A stretch of DNA of 63,780 nucleotides, the filler included, from Atractiella rhizophila (Eukaryota), in assembly GCA_021432655.1 (NCBI GenBank). It is 4 parts of 4 records of this genome, joined end to end, with 100 filler letters (N's around TTAATTAATTAA, not from the genome) between each part and the next. Parts side by side here need not be neighbours in the genome. Positions count along the whole stretch, not along the records: positions 51,761 to 62,580 come from MU271828.1; positions 62,681 to 63,780 come from MU271919.1; 2 more parts are not named here. One strand, 5' to 3'. The position numbers and the translations under genes were made by a program. Under the pieces are notes generated by a model, which was given only the letters and a program-made list of their open reading frames with translations, made no database searches and was not told the origin of the DNA. Positions within the stretch are counted from its first letter, which is position 1. Each line of letters begins with the position of its first letter. Positions 54,540 to 63,780 of the stretch are shown here, piece by piece.

Positions 54540-54861
54540 CATTGACCTCTTCATCTTTTGGTTTGTGAAGAGAATTTTGATCGTGAATAACTTGAAATAA
54601 AAGAGCTTTGGTACATCAGTCCGACTAAGTTGATTAAAGAGGCCAGGTTTCAGCAGTGCAGAGTTCATGAGACGTACGGTCGTGATGATGCATAAATTAC
54701 GCAGACGACAGAAAGTCTATGCTAGCATAGGTGTTACTTCATTTACGATTTGATTATCACTGCCGAAGTCACCAAAACAGAAACGATGACACCAAAAAGA
54801 CCATTAATGAAAACCGAAGACACGAACGATCACTATCAAGCCACTAACAAAAGCACGATTA

Positions 54862-55859
54862 TCATCGAATAAACGGTAACCTCGTAGGTACCTTCTTTCT
54901 ATATTCCACGTAGTCCTTCCCAAAGAAGGAAACGAGGTATTCTTCCTCGACTAAAGCACCCAATCAACCTCCAAGCTCAAAAGAAAAAGAGATCACGCAC
55001 CTTCAACCCTGTTGCTGAAATATCGATACAGAATCACTGTGAATGCAGCCAAGCAGATCCAGTTCCCACAAAACACTTGAAGACCGAGACACCAGTACCA
55101 GAAGCCGACGTAGGATGGATGACGAGTCCACGCGTAGATCCCGTCAGTGACGAGACGGTGGCTGGGGAGCTTCTGGACGGCGAGAGTATGGGAGAAGGAT
55201 GAGGCGGCGGTGTACATGGCCATGGAACGGAAGTATTGCCCAACAACGGTGCTGACGAACCCTGCGTGTCGACGTTATTGTTAAGCTTTCGGAAATCAAG
55301 GGAAGTGGACTCACCTATCGCCAAGGGCAGGTACCCATGTTTGTACGCTGCAAGGGAAGCAGGGAGGAAGAGCTCTTCAAGCACCAATTCGAAAATGGAG
55401 AGCGAGTGGGCGATGAGATACATGTTCCCATTGTTGAGGAGGAAGGCTAAGCACGCTCTCAACCAAGTTCCCATGCATGTTAAGAAGGAAATACACACAG
55501 TCTACGCTGAGTTTGCTAGGGCAATACATGCTCGTCATAGTGAATTCGAGCATATGAAACGAGCTCCAGCACATCGCATAGAACCCCAGTCGGAACCACA
55601 ACCATCCCTCTGCGCCAATCTCCCTAAAAACCGTCGAAAGACCCCACAGGAAGACGCTTCCCAAGGAAAATGCGATCCAAGCCAAATTATGCGGTGTAGA
55701 TTCGAAGGACGTCAAGGGAATGCGCGGTCTGGGTCTCAGCAGGGCAGAATGCGACACCGTAGACTCGGGATGCTTGGGAGCGCCGGGAGTAGGGGGAGGA
55801 GTGGAGTTGGGAGAGCTCATTTGGGATACGACGGGCGATTCTGATGCTGAGCTCGACAT
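54862..55859 (-). CDS. STE14: Isoprenylcysteine carboxyl methyltransferase
   Basis: FHMLEF, D|SFLLNNG..Y..AH, GQYFRSMAM, HRLVTDGIYAWTRHPSYVGFWYW, FSNRVE|VEEEYLVSFFG.DY..YRKKVPTRLPFI. Confidence 0.95.
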
Positions 55860-56435
55860 GTTATGACGAGGCGACGAAAAGGGATTGGGCGACGATGACG
55901 GAAAGGGATCCCCGGATGGAGAAGGGACGTCGCCTGCTTTTTGAAGGATGGAAGGACAGTAAGAAGTAACAATGGGCAGAAAATGTGATCTCTCTCGATC
56001 AGTTTCGAAGAGTCCCTTTGTTAACGAACGATGTTCCGGAACAGTGCCCCACTGCCGTAACCCTATCTAACACAAATTTAGCTCACGCTTTTCCGTCCAC
56101 CCATACGTGACATTGATCACAAACAATCACAAAGACCACTCGCTTCTTTGAAAATTGCATCCTGAATTTTGGTATATAACAGGGGAAACGAAATTGTCCC
56201 TATGGAGGTATACTAGGTCCGGAAATCGGGTAGTAGCAAAGAAGAATGAGGACGGAATGGATAATTATGGTATCAAATGAGATGCAACAAAACAACAGCG
56301 AGATATCAAGGCATGGCGAAGAGCGAAACATCAGAACCTCAAAACAAGTGAGAACATGCACACGAAAACAAATATTCGGTCTATCCAACAGGCAACCAAT
56401 CACAACCACAGCAAACTTTACTTTTGAGCATTGTA

Positions 56436-58800
56436 TTAGGCAGTGACGTTTCCTCTCCTCCTATCCCTATTAACATTCGGATTCGGTTTCCTCAAACTAC
56501 CTCCGCCACTCGATGAAGTGGGCGAGGGGGGATTCATCTCATACATCTGCCGCAGCCTGTTGACGCTGCTCGAAGAGGTCTCCCCTGGCGTGCGCGGCAT
56601 GTCGCTCTTCTTCTTCAACACCAACCTTCCATCTTTATTTACGTTCGTAATGCTGTTCGTCCTCGACAGTCCCGTAGATGATTCGAAGTTTGGAGTCGAT
56701 GGTACGGGGGTAGATGCTGTCGGGGTTGAAGTGCCAGATCCGTCAAGGGAAGGAGGGAGGGGGACACCAAATTCTGAGTAAGTGGGGTATGGAGCAGTGG
56801 ACTGCACGGGAATATCTCCAGTTTCGGTCGGAGTATCCTCAGATACTTCAGTCCCGTTATCTTCTTCCTCAGTCTCCTCAAAAGTCGTCGATAAAGGTTC
56901 TCCATAGACGTACCGCCTCACGGGCATGCTAGGCGGCTCATAAGGTTCTGGTTCGTCGCTAGCTTCACTTCCGGCATCAGGGTGGTGAGGACCGGGAAAT
57001 GAGTCGATAGACACATCTCTGGGTACGCGTTGGGTGGTGGAAATGGAAGCTGGAGGGGAATAGAACTCGTCGTCGTCCTGAGAAGCAGAACGGGAATGGT
57101 TGAAGGATTCAGGGGTCGGACGACCGACGCCGAGGCTGGTTTGGGACTTTTGGAGAACGCTGTTCGTTGTTACTGACGAAAGAGAGGTAGAACTGTCAAT
57201 TCGATGGGAACTCGAGGAAGGAGAGGAGGAATCGCTGTCTCCGACTACTTTTGGAGTGGTAGTGGTGGGAGGGACAGGAGGAACTGGTGTGCGGTTGTTC
57301 GATTCCCGCCATTCCTCTACGCTCCCCCCAGTCGAATAACGCTGCCATAACTTTGGCCGCGTAGGCGTCGCACTCCGATCCTCCTCATCATGGACAACAG
57401 GCACACTGTCCTTCCCTTTCCTGTCCATGCTTTCCGGAGTCCGCACAGGATTGGACGGAGGAGGTAAGGGAGGAGCAGGCGTGGGAGCATATCGAAGGGT
57501 CTGTCTCCCGACCGCTTCAACGGGTATCGTTTTTTTGAGCTTCTTCCCGCGCTTGAACGGCGGCATCGACTTCTTCCCCGCGGTGCCATAAAGTTCATCT
57601 GTCATTCCAGTCTTCTTCGCTAAACTCCGGAACGCTTCGTCAACTCCTTGCTCCTTCTCCACCTTGGCTCCTCCTAACCGCTGAAACTTGGATTTCGTAG
57701 TCGATTGAGCGAGAAGGGGGGAGTCTGGCACCTCGTCCCCATCCACAATCACGAAGTCATCTAGCTCGCGATCTTGAAGCAAAGCAATGGTAGAGGTGGA
57801 ATCGGGAGAGTTGAAGCGCTTGAGAAAGTGGACCCCGGATGGATGACGCATCAAAGAAGTCTGTCGCTCCAGTTGGATGAGAGGAGGAAGACTCGGTGGT
57901 GTGGAAGGGATGGTGGAAGGACGAGGCTTCTTCTTCTTGAGCGTGCTCACGCTGCCAAAGCTTCGATAACTGCTTTTCCCGCCAAATTCGGAATAACTGC
58001 CGTTGACAGAGGAGGATGATTTTGAGCGTAGGGCAGAGATTTCGGACGCTGTCATGTACGCCTCCATAGTGAGGGGAGAGCGTTTGGGCCAGTCGCCCGC
58101 TTCGGATCGCGAAGCGACGGAGGATCCTCCAGCATAGTAAGAAGCTTCGGAGGCTGTGAGGAAAGGGAATCGGATATCCTGCGAAGTAAGCGAAGCGTTT
58201 TCTGGCGCATCTGCTCGTGTTCAGGCAAACAAACGTCAAACACCGCATCCATAAGCTTCCGTAACCTTTGTCGCTTGGATAACTGGAACACATACCTCTG
58301 ACGGTTTCCATCCACTGTTGCAACCTTTGATCCAGCTCCTGCATCTCCTTCTCTTTATTCGACTTGTACCTCTCCTCAGCTTGCTTGAATCTGTCTTGCT
58401 CCCACGCCCTGTGCAAGCTCCGATAATCGTGCACAGAATTGCTCTGCAACTCATCCTCTTCTGCGTGTCCATCGAAAGAGATAAGATCGATGGGAACATC
58501 GAAAGTAGACAGACTTGAGTCGGTAGGAGCCGTCTGGTACTCGCTCGGGAGATTTGAAGGAGTCGCAAGGGGGTCTTCGTAGAGAGAGTCCTCAGAGTCC
58601 TCCGCGAGCATTCTGCGTCGCCCTCCAGGCTCAGCGGTCGACTGGGACCCCTTCTCCATCCACTCTCTGACCTTTGAATCTGATCTTAGACTAGGGTCTC
58701 GCTTGGACTCCCTCTCCTTCTCCTTCCTTCTCGCCTCTGGACTGTCGATGGTAGTTTTCGATGAACTTGCGCTGGACGAGAGCATCGACGGGAATCTCAT
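56436..58800 (-). CDS. Large disordered Ser/Pro-rich hypothetical protein, 2 exons
   Basis: A single intron gtatgt...cag (about 58295-58211) joins ORF 57757..58800 in frame to ORF 56436..58067. Confidence 0.7.
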
Positions 58801-59640
58801 GCTGGGAATACTGACCCGTGGGTATTAATGAAGGGAACTGATGGAATGCGCGAGATTGAGAATGGAAAGTTCGGTAGAAAGCGGTGGATTGTTGGTCGTT
58901 CTTTATGACGTTGGAGTTCCCGAGTGAAACGGAAACCCAGCTGTTCCGCAGCAGCATTCTCAATCACGTCTTTTCCACGATCTTCTTGCTCTGGCTGTTC
59001 AAAGTTCAATGGGCATGGCGGTTAGCGGCCCTGGACAGGTGTCAGCGACCATGTTAAAGCCACAAGTCTGCTCTAGCGCACTTGGTGAGGATTGGAGTGT
59101 TTGGAATGGGTTCCAGAAGAAGGCAACAGAGGAATCTGAGCTTTCGAAAAGCTAAGTGTTAAGCCTTTCCATTCGTGAAAGTAGTTTGTTAGTCTATTGG
59201 AATGTCGCGTGGAGAATGTGTGCTCCAAGAAAACGAAAGAGCTCGCAAATTTCACCGTGACGATCCGTTGAACGAGGATCATACACATAGTTGTGGTGTG
59301 TCACACGATATGGGATTTGGCAGAGAATGGGCACAATTATATGGCAAGAATGGCGATTGAGTGAGCATGAGAACACTGTGTTGGACTTCTGATGAAAGCG
59401 ACGAGCGTTGTCCTCAGAATAATGGAACAGGTTGGCTTCTTGTTGCCCTGGTGTGCCATTCCTGTCCACCATCTTCTAGGTTGATGCTGCCAACAGCAGT
59501 TAAGTCTCAAGAAAGAAATAAGTGTGGTCGCGAGTGTGGATTTTTATCGGACATGCATTAATGCATTGCGACTGTTCAAGACGTTCTTATTCATCTTTAT
59601 TCCCATCTTTTTCATACTGCACTCGCTACTCGCACTTGAT

Positions 59641-60557
59641 CATGGATCATGGTACTATTCAATCAGTAGCAGGATACAGGCAGTACCTTTGCGCCTTACG
59701 GGGAACAACTCTTGTCTTTCGTTTCTACCTTACAAGTTACATCAAACCACTGGCGACGCATCAGCGAACGCGGTATAACCTACAGCTCCTTTCAGATGTG
59801 GGAGACCCGACAGGAGTGGTCGGAACGGAGGAAGGAGGAAGTCTTGGGAAAATCAAGAAAGTCGGGAGCGGGATGCTCAACGGCGGGACACCACTACCCA
59901 CTCGCACCTCGTCCCGACTCCCCAGCGTCCCGACTTCTTACTCGGATCCGAGCAATGTCCAAGTTATAAAAGGCACCACTTCATCCTCTTTCGCTCTTCT
60001 CAACAGTCGCTCTCTACCTACTCTCAATATTGAATTTTTGACTTTCAAACTTTGGCGCCAGCCTTATTCGCATTATATAATCCCACTCGACCCACTCAAC
60101 CATGTCTTTGTACGTTTCTTCATGTCTTCCCCTTCTCACGTTTTGACACCCGGTTCAGCTTTGACGTACCGAGCATCCCTTCGTCCTTCAGCATTCAGAA
60201 TTTGCTGCAAGCACTTAACGTCGCCGAAGCCATTGCGTACGTACCATCTTCTGTTTCCTCTCTCTATTCATGCTCATAGTGAATCGTGCATGTAGGTACA
60301 TCGAAACTGGCTTCGGACAGGACGCCTTCGACTACGGCGCTCCCGTCACGCCTTGCCCCACTCCCGTAAGGTCGATGACGAGAAAAGAGCTGGATGGAGA
60401 AGCCCTTGTGACCGCTCTCGAGCCTTTGTTGCACGAGGAAACTCGAGGGGCGAGAATGGAGGATGGGGTTATGGTGTTGAAAGTGTATGGGCCTTCTGAG
60501 TCCGAGTCAGAGTCCGACGATGAGGACTGGAATGATGAGAGCGAGAGTGATGCTTGA
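59641..60557 (+). CDS. Hypothetical multi-exon protein with an acidic C-terminus
   Basis: Protein-like exons ending YIETGFGQDAFDYG...VLKVYGPSESESESDDEDWNDESESDA*. 5' structure uncertain. Confidence 0.45.
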
Positions 60558-61074
60558 AGTTTGCTCTTTCATTGCCATTTCAGCTCGAAACAAGTACTTT
60601 CCTTCCAGATTTTATCTATGCCATATTCTATCGAATTGTTGTTGTCTGCCTTTGACTCAAATTGTCAACACTACAACCTCTGAAATTGTAAACACTATAA
60701 ACCCTCAGAATGTTCCTCGTTTTGTATAAAAATAATTTGAACGCTGCGATTTGGTGATTATTGCCCCTCACTGGCCTTGCAACACTAGTTCTACATCTCA
60801 TACTACCTCCAGTTGTGGCTTTGCGTTCATGCACTTTCTGAGAGCTTGATTAGCGACCCACGCTGATGGAACAAGCGAAGTGTCGAGCTGGGGAGTAGTA
60901 GGCCTTCATTCTGATTGCCTAAGAACGACAGAGCCGTCAAACTTCTCAGTCTAAATCGAAAGATTTGTAAGGGGGAACAAGTTCAACGCATCAGTATCTT
61001 GAGAATATTATGGCATGAAGAGATAATCTACCAAGGAACGAAATAAACTCTGTACACGATGTAATCCAAACCAT

Positions 61075-62580
61075 TTAACTCTTCCTGTTTACACTACTGG
61101 ACAGCTTCTCGATGAGCGGCGTCTCTCTCGCCGCATCATTATCAGAACCAGTCGCAGGAGACGGTTCTGGTGCTTTGATCTTTGACTGGGACGACAGAGA
61201 GATCATCCTCGTTCTCGGCGACGCAGATGTTTCCCTATTCAAGAGTTCCCATTCACGTTCTTGGTCTCGTTCTTCTAGCTCTAGCTGTAAACCGGAAACA
61301 TTGCTCCACGACCTCTCGCGTCGGACCCCTGCAGCAAAGTCTTCCAAACTTTTTCGTACGCTGCGCAAGAAAGTAGGCGGTGACCTTTCCCCTGATCCAC
61401 TCAAGCCCTGTCGAGGAGTGACACTTCCCTGTCTTGTGGCCTCGAGAGATGGTCGATCTCCATCTACCGATTCGTCTGAGAGCGTTGTGATTGCAATCCC
61501 CACGCTCTCGCCCACAAGACGCCGCCAAACGCCATAAAACAGTCGTCCAACCTTGTTCGGCAGCACGAAAGCTTCAACGAATTCCCTCACTCCCCAGACG
61601 TCTTCATGATGGCATATTTTTCCGCTCTCGTTAAACACAAGTCGTGTGTGGAGCTTGAGATGGATGGTTACTGGTCCAAAGATCCATCGGATAAACATGA
61701 GGAACAGGACGAAGGGGAGGATGAGGAGGCAAAACCGGAGATTGGATTTCAGGGTCGACCTCTTCCTCGCTCTCCTTTTCGACGATGCTTCTCTTTCGTG
61801 TTCTGACGAAAAGTGTGGCGTGGACTCTTCCTCGCAGGGCGAAAGAACTGGTGGAGCTTGGCTGCGGATGCTCTGCGATCTCGAACGGGAGAAGTAGTGG
61901 TCTGGCGTACCATAGCCTTGTGGCGTTTGAGGGAAAGGGGTTGCAGGTGCAGAAGGATGGTATGTCGAACCAGCAGCGCGATATCGGTATAGAGGGCCGC
62001 TGAATGAACCGAAAGAAATGGTGGAAATAGAGCGATTTAGTCGCTTGACGGAGGGCGTCGATTTGGATTTAGGGTCTTGCCGGGCGGGGAAGAGGGAAAT
62101 ATGGAGGACATGGGTCAGGATCATTAATCGAGTGTGGTCTATGGAAGGGTTAGGATGGATCAAGTTCAAGAAATGCTAAGAGAAACACGCACCATAATAG
62201 TCGGACTCGCAGACATCAACAATCTCACTCCACAGCCGACCTGGAACGAGGGGGAGGAGGCCAAAATGTCGTGTTATAAGATCTCGCCCAATGGCGCAAG
62301 TGATTGGATTCTCAAAGACTAAGGGACAAAGTCAGGATCAAAACTAACTATTTTCAGGAAATGGTTGCAAGAGGTTGGCGTGAAGCTGCATCAGGTGCCG
62401 TGATAAACCTTGCTTGTATTCAGCAGTTCTCTTGATGATAAATACATGCAGCAGCAGCTGTGAGGGGTATAATTGAACCTCACTTCAGCTCAAGCACATG
62501 AAGTCACTCATTGATGACGTCTTCTCGCCTAACCAGCCTGGAAATTCAGAAGACAAACGTACCAGCTTCGCCTTCATAGC
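61075..62580 (-). CDS. SnoaL/NTF2-like domain protein with a large insertion (5' end at gap)
   Basis: Exon VFENPITCAIGRDLITRHF, then distant LKLHTRLVFNESGKICHHEDVW. Confidence 0.65.
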
Positions 62581-62680
62581 NNNNNNNNNNNNNNNNNNNN
62601 NNNNNNNNNNNNNNNNNNNNNNNNTTAATTAATTAANNNNNNNNNNNNNNNNNNNNNNNNNNNNNNNNNNNNNNNNNNNN
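62581..62680. other. Artificial gap/contig linker
   Basis: N44-TTAATTAATTAA-N44. Confidence 0.98.
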
Positions 62681-62859
62681 CAGACACCCTCAGCTTCAAG
62701 CACCCACACCTCTCTCTTCTTCCGTTTTCAACTACTGAGGGAGGGGACAACATTGTGGCGCTGGTCGTTTCTACATAAGAACCCGCTTCTTTCCCTTTCC
62801 TTCCTTCAAAGCTCAAAGACTTCCACAAAACTGATCCATTTTGAAAAATCTGAGGCAAG

Positions 62860-63780
62860 ATGCCAAAACAGTCCCTCTTCCTCATAGGTACAGGTTTCAT
62901 CGGCGGCACGCTCCTCATCCGCCTCCTCGAAACGCACAAGGAGAAGTTTGACTTTTCGGCCCTCACAAGGAAGGATGAACAGGCTACCGTCTTGAAAGGT
63001 TTGGGTGTTACTCCGATTAAAGGTTCCTTGGCAGATTTCGACGTGATCAAAGAACAAACGATGAAGAGCGACGTAGTGCGTCCCATCCCTGCATCTATCT
63101 CATTCTGTCCTGCAGTGAAGGATCTGACGAATTTTTGCGGTAGATAATCCACACGGCGACAGCAGATGACCTCCCTTCCGTCAAAGCCATCCTGGCAGGT
63201 ATCGCCTCCCGCTCGGACCTATCCAAACCAATCATCTACATCCATACGAGCGGTGCCGGTGTCCTCTGCAACATGGACGACGGTGAAGAGTCCACATACG
63301 TCCACGATGACAGCATGCCTTCAGCGATGGATGAGAGATTGACGACAGAGAACTTGCATCGCGACATCGACTTGGAGATCAAAAAGTTCGTGGATGGGAA
63401 GAAGGGCGGAGAGGGTGCTAGGATTCAGATCGTCCTTCCTCCGCTCATTTATGGGAAAGGAGAGGGACCGTTCAATCAGCGCAGTATACAAATTCCTGCC
63501 CTCACGGAGTTGGCGGTATGTGCTCATCGTTGGCTTGGGGAGAGCTGATCCCATTGCGAACAGATTAAGGAAGGATACTCTGGTTATTGGGGAAAAGGAG
63601 AAGCATACTGGAGTACGTGGTCCATTGCATAGTTTCGCGAGCTCAACTAATGAAGGTATGAAACAGATAACGTTTCCGTCCAAGCACTTGTAGACGGCTA
63701 CCTGTTGATCCTCACAAACCTTCTCTCTTCCGCTCCGGATCTCTCCTCCCTCTACTACTTCGCCGAAACAGGCGAACACA
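62860..63780 (+). CDS. NAD(P)-dependent epimerase/dehydratase-like atypical SDR (3' end outside window)
   Basis: FLIGTGFIGGTLL, ALTR, GSLAD, IIHTATADD, YIHTSGAG, IVLPPLIYGKG.GPF..RSIQIP. Confidence 0.88.

Noticed and set aside
57757..58315. Apparent triple-frame overlap in the 56436-58800 gene
   Set aside because: A single canonical intron joins the two long ORFs in frame.

Overview
Intron-rich fungal genomic DNA, probably a basidiomycete (inferred from ~45-60 nt introns with GTnnGT-type donors, CTAAC/CTGAC branch points and gene content). Three artificial 100-nt N-TTAATTAATTAA-N linkers split it into four segments that may not be truly adjacent. Recognisable genes: secreted M43 metalloprotease, Dug1/CNDP2 dipeptidase, a multi-C2H2 plus C-terminal RING protein, a secreted GH23 lysozyme-like protein, Slx9, a coiled-coil protein with a FIP-RBD-like motif, TFIIE-alpha, RPS19 head-to-head with eIF3i, an OSCA/TMEM63 channel, a styrene-oxide-isomerase-like membrane protein, a TEY MAP kinase, Noc4, a partial polo kinase, tandem PTGR-like reductases, Ste14/ICMT, a SnoaL-like protein, a partial NAD-dependent epimerase and many low-complexity orphans. 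The best leads are two unusually long, hairpin-rich introns (652 nt in the zinc-finger/RING gene, 387 nt in TFIIE-alpha) that may host ncRNAs or splicing switches, and the bacterial-type StyC-like gene. Exon models were spliced by eye and family calls come from remembered motifs, not from database searches.
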